DNA from: an uncultured Acidimicrobiales bacterium
GTDB taxonomy: Bacteria; Actinomycetota; Acidimicrobiia; Acidimicrobiales; UBA10347
Direction: 5' to 3'
Length of the DNA stretch: 64,000 nucleotides
Assembly: GCA_943788915.1 (NCBI GenBank)
Contig: CALSSD010000007.1
Coordinates: 124,001-188,000 of the forward strand
A program made the translations under genes and the position numbers. The notes below the pieces were generated by a model. It was not told where the DNA came from. It was given only the letters and a program-made list of their open reading frames with translations, and made no database searches. Below are positions 30,615 to 40,245 of this stretch, piece by piece; the first letter of the stretch is position 1, and each line of letters begins with the position of its first letter.

Positions 30615-31483
30615 TTCAGCTTCCTCCGGTAGCGCCCGACCGGGCAGACCCGCATGCACTCGAAACACTGAGCCACGCTCTCCTTGTACCTGCCAACCGA
30701 CGAGAGATTCCGCCGGAAGTCGTCGGAATACAGAACCGCCTTGGCTTCGTCGATGTCGTCGGCTGCGGTGAGTAGTTCGACCTGTTTGATATGGCCGCGG
30801 ATACCGAAGTTCATGGCACGAGTCGAACAACGCTCACGATTGAAGTAGCTGCTTGTGATCTCGCCGTCGTCAATCGTTGCGTCGATGCAGCCACCGTCGT
30901 CGGCTGGGCACACGGCCATGCACGGGGTCTTCCCCTCGAGTTCGTACATCTTCACGCACGAGCGGGCGGGGCACACGTTGTCTTCGAGCTGATGGTCAGG
31001 CACGAGTGGCATCGTCGTGATTGCGGCCGCGTAGTACAGCAGGCCATAGGTGGGGTGCAGGATGATATTGGCAGCGATCGAACGAGTACCTAGGCCGGCG
31101 AGAACCGCAGCCAACATCATGCTCATCGGTGGATGCTGGCCCGATGTAGGTAACGCTGGCGCCTGCATGGCCTGGTAGCCATGCACGGTCTCGATGTGTT
31201 CGGCCATCACCAAAGACGCCACATTCTCTCGGAAGTCATACCCCGTGATTTCCATCAGCCGTCGATTCGGGCTCTGCCACGCCGCGTTCGATGGCCCCAA
31301 AGAACCCGCTACCACCACACTCTTCGCCCCTGGCATGAAGTCAGACGGACGGTGCCCTTCGGGGACGTATTCGTTAAACGCACTCGCAGCCGCGACTCCA
31401 ACAACCGTGGCCCCTGAGTTGAGGCCAAGCTGTTTCAGGGCAAGAGTTGTCGCTTCGAGCTCGTCGGCCGTTTGCTCATCCAT
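30611..31483 (-). CDS. QueG/reductive dehalogenase-like cobalamin + 2x[4Fe-4S] protein (paralog A)
   Basis: GATVVGVA, RPSDFMPGAKSVVV, AAVLAGLG...LHPTYG...ITTMPLVPD, CPARSC-x11-CMAVCP, ERC, CFECMRVCP. Confidence 0.85.
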   Translation of the reverse strand: MDEQTADELEATTLALKQLGLNSGATVVGVAAASAFNEYVPEGHRPSDFMPGAKSVVVAGSLGPSNAAWQSPNRRLMEITGYDFRENVASLVMAEHIETVHGYQAMQAPALPTSGQHPPMSMMLAAVLAGLGTRSIAANIILHPTYGLLYYAAAITTMPLVPDHQLEDNVCPARSCVKMYELEGKTPCMAVCPADDGGCIDATIDDGEITSSYFNRERCSTRAMNFGIRGHIKQVELLTAADDIDEAKAVLYSDDFRRNLSSVGRYKESVAQCFECMRVCPVGRYRRKLK

Positions 31484-31804
31484 CGACCGATCGTATTCCA
31501 CGCCGCCGGTGCTAGCCGAAAGAATCTGGTGGTTCTCTCACTCGGCTGGTCGGCGAGCCTCGGTGAGCCGGTCGAACGCAAGTGCCCATGGCGGTCGCAG
31601 ACATGCCAGCGCCCGAACATCATGGTTCCACGTTGCATACGGCGACGCGCCGAGAACGCACCGCCGCAATCTTGCCCACACGTCCCGACATGGCAACTCT
31701 CCGTCCGGCCGGTCACTGCGAGAGACGCCAGCAGCGTGCCGATTTGCCCACGATCTTGGGTTACTGACTAACGTCACCACCAGTGAAGTGAACCGGAGGT
31801 AGCT

Positions 31805-32908
31805 ATGCACGTAGGAATGGGCGTTGCGTTTCAGAATCCTGAGGATGCGCTGAGTGATGCGCAGGTCTGGGATGAAGAGGTCAAGATCGCGCTCGAAGCT
31901 GAAGCGGCGGGGTTCGACTCCATCTGGTCGGTCGAGCACCACTTCACCGACTACACGATGTGTCCAGATCCCCTCCAGTTCCTCACATACATCGCCGGTC
32001 AGACAAAAACCATCCAGCTCGGCACTGGCGTGGTGGTGTTGCCATGGCATGACCCAATGCGGGTCGCCGAACAGATCACCATGCTCGACAATCTGTCCGG
32101 TGGTCGGCTGATACTCGGCATCGGACGCGGTCTTGCCCGCATCGAATACGAAGGCTTCGGCGTCGACATGAACACCAGTCGCCAGAAGCTGGTCGAGATG
32201 GCCGAGTGTGTCTTTACCGGGCTCGAAAACGGGTATCTCGAATACGACGGGGAGATCGTGCAACAGGCCCGTCGAGACATCCGACCCGCTCCTCAACACT
32301 CGTTCAAAGGCCGCACCTACGCCGCCGCAGTGTCCCCAGAGTCCATGCCGATCATGGCCCGCCTCGGTCTCGGGTTGCTCATCATTCCCCAGAAACCCTG
32401 GGACGTCGTCGAGAACGACTTTGCGGTCTACACCGATGTGTATCGCACCGAGAACGGCACCGAACCTCCCCCTCCGCTATGTGGTGGTTTCTGTTTCGTC
32501 GACGAAAGTGCGGACCGGGCCGAGGAGATGGCCTATCGCTATATCGGTGGCTATTACGGGACCGTGTTGAAACATTACGAGTTCGCCAAGGCAGCCCACG
32601 ACGGGGTCAAGGGCTACGAGTTCTATACGAACATCAGCAAGTACATCGACCGCCACGGATCTGGTGGTGCAGCCGAGGACTTCGTCAAACTCATGCCGTT
32701 CGGCACACCCGAGCAGGTACTTGAGAAACTCGAATTCATCAAGGACAAGGTCAACATGGCTGCGTTTTTCCCTAACTTCATCTATGCCGGAATGCCCTAT
32801 GCCGAAGGCCGTCGCAACATGAACCTGTTCGTCGATCAGGTCATGCCTGAACTCAAGAGCTGGGACGCGCCCCCCGTCGGACTCCAGGCAGTCACCGCTG
32901 CTCGTTAG
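31805..32908 (+). CDS. LLM-class flavin-dependent oxidoreductase
   Basis: GFDSIWSVEHHFTDY, PMRVAEQITMLDNLSGGR. GGAGG RBS. Paralog of 25937..27004. Confidence 0.93.
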   Translation: MHVGMGVAFQNPEDALSDAQVWDEEVKIALEAEAAGFDSIWSVEHHFTDYTMCPDPLQFLTYIAGQTKTIQLGTGVVVLPWHDPMRVAEQITMLDNLSGGRLILGIGRGLARIEYEGFGVDMNTSRQKLVEMAECVFTGLENGYLEYDGEIVQQARRDIRPAPQHSFKGRTYAAAVSPESMPIMARLGLGLLIIPQKPWDVVENDFAVYTDVYRTENGTEPPPPLCGGFCFVDESADRAEEMAYRYIGGYYGTVLKHYEFAKAAHDGVKGYEFYTNISKYIDRHGSGGAAEDFVKLMPFGTPEQVLEKLEFIKDKVNMAAFFPNFIYAGMPYAEGRRNMNLFVDQVMPELKSWDAPPVGLQAVTAAR

Positions 32909-32962
32909 TCTCAGGAGCCAGCGCCAATGGGCTGGTTTTTCCCAACAAACTAAGGTCAGACT

Positions 32963-35332
32963 ATGAACCAAGGTGCGCTTCACGGTTTACGAGTTATCGA
33001 TCTGACGGATGACTCAGGTCGTTTCGCCACCAAGTTGTTGACCGAACTCGGAGCCTCGGTCGTACGGATCTCGGCCACAGGTTCATCGGGGGCGCCAATG
33101 GTCGACGCTGCCGCTGCTGAACTCGGCGGGGTGCTCGACTGGTGGTACGACGGCGGCAAACATCGCCATATCGTGGACCTCGACACCGACGGGGGGCGAA
33201 GCCGCTACCGCTCACTTTGCGCCAGCGCCGACCTGGTCGTTGAGACCGAGCGGCCGGGCCGCCTCGAGGTTCTGGGCATCGACCATGCCGACCTGCTAGC
33301 GACAAACCCAGCCTTGTGCCAGGTCTCGATTACGCCCTTCGGTCGAACCGGCCCTCGCTCAGACTGGGTCACGTCGGATCTTGTGTCCTCCGCCATGGGC
33401 GGGTTCATGTCCATCACCGGGTTACCTGACCGCCCCTTGAACCTGTGGGGACGCCAGTCATACAACTATGCGGGTTTTGCCGCAGTGATATCAGCGCTTG
33501 CTGCGGTGCGGGCAACCCGACTCGATGGCAAAGGCCGTCTCGTCGATCTGTCGATCCACGAAGCCATTACCGGGTCGATCGAGAACATCTTCATGCAGTA
33601 CTTCTTCGATCAGGAACTGCCGGACATGTCCAAGGTGGCACAACGCCAGGGTGCGATGCATTGGCTGCGCGCCTATGACCTGGCAGCGTGCCGCACCGGC
33701 TACACGATGATCACACCCACACCCATTCCTGATCACCTCGTCAATTGGATGATCGAGGAGGGCCACGAGGCAGCCCGCGAGTGGCAAGGCAAAGACGTCG
33801 AGTCCATGCTCGAACGCATCGACGACCTGATGGATTGTGTCCGCGACTTCGTCAAGAAGTACGACGCCATGGATCTGTGGTGGGAAGCCCAGAATCGCCA
33901 TTGCGCCTTTGGCGGGGTGCACGACATCGCTGCGGTTGCCGAGATCCCGCAGTTCGAACACCGAGGACTTTTCGCCTCTGCCACCGTGGGTGACACCGGC
34001 GAGTCCAACGTCCGTATGCCCCACCGCATGGTCAAGATGAGTGCCACACCGACCGGCCCGCCACAGCCCCCGCAACTAGAATCCACCAACCTTGAGGACC
34101 TGCTCGCCGACTGGGGATCCCGGGACTCGGCCGAACCCACCGTTGGCGAGCGACTGGCGCGTCCCCTCGAGGGGTTGCGCGTCGCCGATTTCACCTGGGT
34201 GTTAGCCGGCCCGTTCTGCACTCGCATGTTTGGTGACCTCGGTGCCGACGTCATCCGCATTCAGAACGAAGAACGATCAACGCTGGTGAACCGGGCCGAT
34301 TACCCGTACTACTTCGTGTGGAACCGGTCGAAGCGCAGTGCGACCCTCAACATGAAACACCCCGAAGCCTTGGCGGCGGCTCGGCGCATCATCGAGTCAT
34401 CAGATGTGCTGATCGAGAATTACAGCGCTGGTGTCCTCGAAGCGTGGGGCCTCGACTACGAGACCGTGCACGAATGGAATCCGAAGCTGGTCTATGTGAC
34501 CATGTCGGGATGTGGCCACGACGGGCCGTGGAAACACGTGATCTCCTATGCGCCCACGGTCCACGCGGTCTGCGGCATCACCCATCTCACCAACTTCGCC
34601 GACCGGGGCGACGTTGGTTCTGGCCTCTCGCTCAATGACCATCTCGCCGGCTTCAGTGCCGCGGCCACCACGCTGGCAGCGATCGAAGCCCGAGACCGCA
34701 CCGGTGTCGGCCAAAAGGTCGACATGGCCCAGCTTGAGATCGGCACCTATGCGATCGGTCCAGCGCTGCTCGACTACTTCGCCAACCACAACGAGGCCCA
34801 ACCTGCTGGTAATCGCGATGGCCTGCACGACCATGTGCCCAACGAGGTCTACCCGACACGTGATGGTTTTGTCGCCATCTCGGTAACCGCCGATTCGCAA
34901 TGGCCAGCACTCGCGTCCATTGTCGGCGAGTCGGTCGCTGATCCTGCGTGGGCGACCGAAGCAGAACGACGCGATCACCGAGTCGATATCGATGCTGCGT
35001 TGTCGGCCTGGGCCGCCAATGGCACAGCCAACGAAATCGTCGACACCCTGCAAGCCGTGGGTGTTCCCGCGGGCAAGGTGCAAGACGTCGTCGACTTGTT
35101 CGAACACGATCCACAACACGAGGCCCGAGGTTTCTGGCAACCAGTCACTCACGATGGCTTCGGAGACCGCCACGTCGACACCTTTCCCGCGCTTATCGAT
35201 GGCGAACGCCTGCCGGTCGAACGACTCGCCCCGTCCTACCTCGGCGAACACAACTTCGAGGTCTGGACCGACGTAGCCGGTTACGAGTTCGATGCCGTCG
35301 CCGAAGGTATGGGCACCGATCTGTTCACCTAG
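32963..35332 (+). CDS. Family III CoA transferase (CaiB/BaiF), double-domain fusion
   Basis: Two repeats: ALHGLRVIDL...LGASVV and PLEGLRVADFTWVLAGP...LGADVIRI...NRSKRS. Confidence 0.93.
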   Translation: MNQGALHGLRVIDLTDDSGRFATKLLTELGASVVRISATGSSGAPMVDAAAAELGGVLDWWYDGGKHRHIVDLDTDGGRSRYRSLCASADLVVETERPGRLEVLGIDHADLLATNPALCQVSITPFGRTGPRSDWVTSDLVSSAMGGFMSITGLPDRPLNLWGRQSYNYAGFAAVISALAAVRATRLDGKGRLVDLSIHEAITGSIENIFMQYFFDQELPDMSKVAQRQGAMHWLRAYDLAACRTGYTMITPTPIPDHLVNWMIEEGHEAAREWQGKDVESMLERIDDLMDCVRDFVKKYDAMDLWWEAQNRHCAFGGVHDIAAVAEIPQFEHRGLFASATVGDTGESNVRMPHRMVKMSATPTGPPQPPQLESTNLEDLLADWGSRDSAEPTVGERLARPLEGLRVADFTWVLAGPFCTRMFGDLGADVIRIQNEERSTLVNRADYPYYFVWNRSKRSATLNMKHPEALAAARRIIESSDVLIENYSAGVLEAWGLDYETVHEWNPKLVYVTMSGCGHDGPWKHVISYAPTVHAVCGITHLTNFADRGDVGSGLSLNDHLAGFSAAATTLAAIEARDRTGVGQKVDMAQLEIGTYAIGPALLDYFANHNEAQPAGNRDGLHDHVPNEVYPTRDGFVAISVTADSQWPALASIVGESVADPAWATEAERRDHRVDIDAALSAWAANGTANEIVDTLQAVGVPAGKVQDVVDLFEHDPQHEARGFWQPVTHDGFGDRHVDTFPALIDGERLPVERLAPSYLGEHNFEVWTDVAGYEFDAVAEGMGTDLFT

Positions 35333-35371
35333 CGGTAAACCACCGCCGGGCTGTGCCCGTGACCCCGTTCT

Positions 35372-37021
35372 TCAGCCTTCGTGCGGACGCATCACTGATG
35401 GCCACGGGTCCGGGGTCTCCCCCAGTGGCACATCGATGAGGGCTGGTTTCCTGGCGTCGATCGCGGCCGACAGATGGGACCGCAGTTCGTCTGGGCTTTC
35501 TGCGCGGTAACCGTCCATGTCGTACGCCGCAGCGAGGGCCACGAAGTCGGGGTTCACCAGTGTGGTCCCGTGGAAGTCACCATCGAATTTCTGCTTGTGC
35601 ATTCGTTGCACGTTTCCAAATGCATCGTCGCGGAACACCACACAGACCAACGGGATGTCGTGCGCCATCACGGTTGCCATTTCCGACATGCCGTACCCGA
35701 AACCACCGTCGCCGGTCACCGACACTACCGGTCGGTCGGGGTTACCCACAGCTGCACCGATTGCGGTGGGATAGCCATACCCAAGCGTGCCCTGATAACC
35801 GGGGTCGATGTAGCTACGAGGATGATGGATAGGGAGTGCATAACGAGCCACGTAGCCGACCTGGGTCAGCTCATTGACGAGGCAGGTGTCGTCGGGCATG
35901 GCGTCGCGCAGCGCAGAAACGTAGGCCCGTTGTGGATCGATCCCTTCGAGGCGAGCCTGCGCCCGCTCTCGGATCTGGTCGAGGTCGTCGGCCCAACATG
36001 GCTGATCTCCACCTGTCTGGGACACGATCAGCTCGGTGAGTGCAGCAACACCGGTTCCGGCATCACCAACAATGGTGTGGGTGAAGTTGCGTGGGGCGCT
36101 GAATGCTGCTTCGTCGATGTTGAGTGAGATCTGCACCGCGTCTGGGTGCACTTTCAGTCCGCCCGCGCGTGGGCTGATCGTGCGTGACCCCACGAACAAG
36201 ACACAGTCGGTGCGCCACATCAGTTCGTGGTGTCCAAGAGGCATCACCGCAAGCGGATGGCGATCGTCGAAGGCACCCTTTCCGTTCGTGCTCGAGACGA
36301 GTGGAGCGCCAAGGGCATCGGCGAGCGAGGCAAGCGCGTCCCATGCATCGGCAGCCCGTGCGCCTCCGCCCACGTAGATCACGGGACGTTTGGCCGCAGC
36401 CAATCGCTCGGCAGCTACTGCAAGATCGGCGGTGTTACCAGCTGGTGGAGTCGCTGCGGGTTCAGTCCCGATGGCTGCGCCGTCGGTCATGGCCGAGAGC
36501 ACATCTGGTGGAATCTCCACGGCGACGGGGCCAGGGCCGTTCTGGAGTTGCACAAACGCCCCGTGTAATGCCCCGGCAACCTGACCGGGATCATTGGTGA
36601 GCACAGACGAACGACACAACGACTCGAGCACGCCTGACTGGTCAGGGATCTCGTGCAAGAGCCCGAATCCCTTGCCGATCCCATCTGTTGGGATCTGGCC
36701 GGCAATAAGAAGCACTTTCGAGGAACAGGCGAGCGCGGTAACAAGCCCCGCGCCGGCGTTGAGCACACCAGGCCCCGGCACAACCAGTGCAACACCAACC
36801 TTGCCGGTACTTCGTGCGTAACCGTCGGCTGCGTACGTCGTGGTGTGTTCGTGGCGGGCGTTGATGAACGTGATCTGGTCGCGGTAGCCAGCGAGACCGT
36901 TCGTGGCGTGGTCAAGTTGTACCCCGGGGATACCAAAGATGTGGGTTACGCCTTCTTCGACTAGCTGTCGGGCCATGGAGGTCCCGCCGGTCACTGCAGC
37001 GTTGCTGGTGTTGTTCGTCAC
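35372..37021 (-). CDS. Thiamine diphosphate-dependent enzyme (acetolactate synthase-like superfamily)
   Basis: FGIPG, ARHEH, GTLGYG, GDGG...DDAFGNV. Confidence 0.93.
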   Translation of the reverse strand: MTNNTSNAAVTGGTSMARQLVEEGVTHIFGIPGVQLDHATNGLAGYRDQITFINARHEHTTTYAADGYARSTGKVGVALVVPGPGVLNAGAGLVTALACSSKVLLIAGQIPTDGIGKGFGLLHEIPDQSGVLESLCRSSVLTNDPGQVAGALHGAFVQLQNGPGPVAVEIPPDVLSAMTDGAAIGTEPAATPPAGNTADLAVAAERLAAAKRPVIYVGGGARAADAWDALASLADALGAPLVSSTNGKGAFDDRHPLAVMPLGHHELMWRTDCVLFVGSRTISPRAGGLKVHPDAVQISLNIDEAAFSAPRNFTHTIVGDAGTGVAALTELIVSQTGGDQPCWADDLDQIRERAQARLEGIDPQRAYVSALRDAMPDDTCLVNELTQVGYVARYALPIHHPRSYIDPGYQGTLGYGYPTAIGAAVGNPDRPVVSVTGDGGFGYGMSEMATVMAHDIPLVCVVFRDDAFGNVQRMHKQKFDGDFHGTTLVNPDFVALAAAYDMDGYRAESPDELRSHLSAAIDARKPALIDVPLGETPDPWPSVMRPHEG

Positions 37022-37078
37022 CTGGTCGACCCTAGTGCTCGTGCCAGAAGCATGACCAAGATCGTGCCGAGTCGAACG

Positions 37079-37675
37079 TTAGGGAGCTCCGAGATATGGA
37101 GCGACGAGGTCGGCTTGGTCGGCGACTATCTGGGGGAAGTTCGGCGTGGCAGCCCGAGTGGCAAGATGCCGAGCCAGTACCGGCAGCGGTCCAGGCCACG
37201 ACACGAAGAGGTGGGACTCACCACCGTCGCGGTACTCATCGATGGTGACACGGTCGACAGCGAGATCACCGGTGAGGTCAGCCGTCGCGACCTCTGATGC
37301 TGCCCAGACCGGCACCGCGGTTTGTGCGGGAGGAGGCGCAAGGACTGCGTCATCGACAACACGGCCAGCAAGCAGATCGCGCACGTGCACCGTCGCCCGT
37401 TCATTACCTTCGATCACCGCCAATACTCGCCGTCTACTCAGGTGGTCCACAATCGCTATCTCTTCGGCAAGTGTGTGGGGATGTGCTGAATCCCCATCAA
37501 TCCACATTCCGACGTGGATGTGTTCGGTGAGGGTCGCGAGTTGCGCGGCTGCGTTGGATTCGGTGCCTGACCGACCTCCGATCAGTACCGCCCACAACCC
37601 GAGCTCGTCGGCCTGTTGTGTTTTTGTGATTAGCTGGTCGCCGGTTTCGTTTCGTAGATCGAGTCCGAGTCTCAT
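37079..37675 (-). CDS. Truncated LLM-like protein
   Basis: MRLGLDL...ADELGLWAVL...TEHIHVG...HPHTLAEEIAIVDHLSRRR. Only 198 aa, no EHH motif. Confidence 0.7.
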   Translation of the reverse strand: MRLGLDLRNETGDQLITKTQQADELGLWAVLIGGRSGTESNAAAQLATLTEHIHVGMWIDGDSAHPHTLAEEIAIVDHLSRRRVLAVIEGNERATVHVRDLLAGRVVDDAVLAPPPAQTAVPVWAASEVATADLTGDLAVDRVTIDEYRDGGESHLFVSWPGPLPVLARHLATRAATPNFPQIVADQADLVAPYLGAP

Positions 37676-38601
37676 GCAACCATTCCAACCAGTTCGGTGC
37701 CAATGCGCTCAATGACCTCGGTCAACGCCGAACGTGGCGGCTGGTCATAACCAATCCGAGCAATCACGAGATCTACGTCGTACTGGGCGAGTTCGTCGGC
37801 GACCTGATCGGCCGAGCCGACAATGGCCGATGCTTCGACCTCGTCCATCGAGGCTTCGATCTGTGCCCGGAAGTCGACACCGGTATCGTCGGCGCCCCAG
37901 CCGAGGCCAGCGTAGACAAGGTAGCTGGACCGAACCCAGTCCAACGCTTGGCGGCGTTGCGCTTCGCTGTCGGCAATCCACAGATTGCGCAGCAGGCCCA
38001 CTGGTGGTTGCTCGCCCCCAGGGCATCCAGCGTCGGTCCAGGCTTGCCGATGTGAAACAACCAGCTCGTCGACGACCTGCTTCGAGAAGGCGCCCGAAAT
38101 CATGAGCCCAAGTCCGCGTTTGCCAGCCCGCCTAGCCGCTGGATGACTGGTCACCCCAACCCACATCGGTCCCGGTCGATCGGCGGCCAGGGTGTCGAGC
38201 CCGGCGTTCATCCGTCGCACCCGCTCGGCAATATCTAACCCTTTGGCCGTGAACTCGGTTGGGCGATACCCCATACCCATGCCGAGATGAAACCGATTGT
38301 CGAAACGTTGGTTGAGATCGGCAGCAGCCCGACCCACACGGTCCGCATCCTGCAACGGCAATAGGAGAACCCCCGTGCCAACGACCAATGACTCGGTCGC
38401 TGATAACGCGGCCGCCGCAGCGGGGAGCAGTGCCGGGCAATACCCGTCGTAGTACCCATGGTGCTCAGACAGCCAGAGTGAGTGCACACCGACTCGTTCG
38501 GCTAACTCCGCGTCCTCTCGTAGTTCGGCATAGGCCTGCGTGAACGACCTGGGGGCCGTTGCGGTCGATTGCAGACACCACAATCCAATACCGATCTTCA
38601 T
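37672..38601 (-). CDS. LLM-class flavin-dependent oxidoreductase
   Basis: SLWLSEHHGYYDGY, GTGVLLLP, GMGYRPTEF. Confidence 0.9.
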   Translation of the reverse strand: MKIGIGLWCLQSTATAPRSFTQAYAELREDAELAERVGVHSLWLSEHHGYYDGYCPALLPAAAAALSATESLVVGTGVLLLPLQDADRVGRAAADLNQRFDNRFHLGMGMGYRPTEFTAKGLDIAERVRRMNAGLDTLAADRPGPMWVGVTSHPAARRAGKRGLGLMISGAFSKQVVDELVVSHRQAWTDAGCPGGEQPPVGLLRNLWIADSEAQRRQALDWVRSSYLVYAGLGWGADDTGVDFRAQIEASMDEVEASAIVGSADQVADELAQYDVDLVIARIGYDQPPRSALTEVIERIGTELVGMVA

Positions 38602-38893
38602 GTGCCAGCCCAACCCTTCGTCGTCGATACGCATCGTCTCTGGACCACCAACAATGGCGGGAACGACGCGCGTTGTGTCACGCTCGAACCGTAGTTGAGC
38701 CTGGGCTCTCACTCATCGCCGAGTGCGCGATCAGAACGTTGGATGACACATGGGCGACCTGTCTGGCAGGCTCGAACGACACGGCGCCAGACGGCCCGGT
38801 TCGTCTCGATGTGGGTGTCGGGCGTAACTTCTACAACGTGCTGACAACTCATCGCCCACCACCCGCTGTAAACCCACCATTGGTGTTGCGGCC

Positions 38894-40060
38894 ATGAATC
38901 CGGCTCAAGGAGCTTTGACCGGTGTTCGGGTAGTCGACCTGACCACAATCCTCATGGGGCCCATGGCATCTCGGATGCTGGCCGATCATGGCGCCGACGT
39001 GATCCGGATTGAGGCACCAACCGCTTCGAAGGACATCGTGGGCGGCGCAAGTGGGTTGAGTGCCATCGTGCTCGACACTCACCGCAACAAACGAAGTGTC
39101 GTCCTCGACCTGAAGACCGATGTTGGTGCCGCTGCCATGGCGGAATTGATCGCGACCGCCGACGTGCTCGTCACCAACATGCGGTCAGCCGCGCTCGATC
39201 GCTTGGGGCTTTCGGCCGAACGGTTACGAGCACAACATCCGGAACTCATCCATTGTGTTGCCAACGGCTACGGCGCCGATGGTCCTTACGCCGATCGTGC
39301 TGCCTACGACGACGCGATCCAGGCCATCAGTGGCCTGGCAGCGTTGCCAACGCGGATCTCGGGCGAACCGGCATATGTGCCATCGGTGATCGTCGACAAG
39401 ACGTGCGCGTTGTTCGTCGTGCAAGCAGTCATGGCCGCGTTATTGCATCGACACAACACCGGCGAGGGCCAGACCATCCGTGTGCCAATGTTCGAAACAA
39501 TGGTGTCGTTCCTTCTCATCGAACACCTGCGGGGCGCCGCCTTGGTTCCGCCACAAGGTGAACTGGGCTACAAACGCCTCCTCAACCCGAACCGGCGGCC
39601 CTACCAAGCAGCCAATGGTTGGGTGGCACTTCTCCCCTACAGCGATGCCAACTGGCGTGACTTTTTCACCCTGATCGGCCACGCTGACCTCGCTGATGAT
39701 CCTCGCTTTTCGAACCACGGTGCTCGTATCGAGAACGCGGTGGAGCTGTACCAATTCCTGGTCGACGCCGCGCCCAAGCGCACGGTCGACGAGTGGATGA
39801 CGATCTGCGAGCAACACTCGATCCCCGCGAGTCCGGTCTTAGACATCGCCGAACTCTTCGACGACGAACATCTCAACGCGGTCGACCTGATGCCGATCGT
39901 CGAACACCCCCACCTTGGTGACTACCGAAGTATCCGCCACCCGGTGAGCTACGACACGATGTCGACCGAGTTGCGGCACCATGCCCCCATCCCGGGTGAA
40001 CACACCGCTGAAGTATTCCGCGAACTCGGCTGGTCCGACGATCGAATCGGCGACCTCTAA
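38894..40060 (+). CDS. Family III CoA transferase
   Basis: LTGVRVVDLT, GADVIRIE, HRNKRS, AYDDAIQA, IVDK (catalytic Asp position). Confidence 0.93.
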   Translation: MNPAQGALTGVRVVDLTTILMGPMASRMLADHGADVIRIEAPTASKDIVGGASGLSAIVLDTHRNKRSVVLDLKTDVGAAAMAELIATADVLVTNMRSAALDRLGLSAERLRAQHPELIHCVANGYGADGPYADRAAYDDAIQAISGLAALPTRISGEPAYVPSVIVDKTCALFVVQAVMAALLHRHNTGEGQTIRVPMFETMVSFLLIEHLRGAALVPPQGELGYKRLLNPNRRPYQAANGWVALLPYSDANWRDFFTLIGHADLADDPRFSNHGARIENAVELYQFLVDAAPKRTVDEWMTICEQHSIPASPVLDIAELFDDEHLNAVDLMPIVEHPHLGDYRSIRHPVSYDTMSTELRHHAPIPGEHTAEVFRELGWSDDRIGDL

Positions 40061-40104
40061 ACCCGGCACCATTGGTTGCCGCTCAGGTCGGCCGAAAACG
40101 ACAA

Positions 40105-40128
40105 AAGCCGGCCCTTACGGACCGGCTT
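40105..40128 (-). terminator. Intrinsic terminator downstream of tRNA-fMet
   Basis: Minus strand AAGCCGGTCC-GTAA-GGGCCGGCTT followed by a U-rich tail. Confidence 0.75.
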
Positions 40129-40138
40129 CGGTACTTAG

Positions 40139-40212
<74 letters not shown>

Positions 40213-40217
40213 GAGAC

Positions 40218-40245
40218 ATACTACAGAGGCAAAGCCCGACAGCAA
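40218..40245 (-). promoter_or_regulatory. Candidate sigma-A promoter of the tRNA
   Basis: TTGCTG-N16-TAGTAT ending 5 nt upstream of the tRNA. Confidence 0.5.

Noticed and set aside
29751..31483. Calling the pair queG or a respiratory rdhA
   Set aside because: No DYH motif, atypical Cys spacing, no Tat signal, no RdhB-like gene, and two coupled paralogs. Only superfamily-level assignment is supported.
31484..31804. Cobalamin riboswitch upstream of the B12-FeS operon
   Set aside because: No B12-box or GGGAA/GCCACTG core recognised, and the operon appears leaderless. An Rfam scan would settle it.
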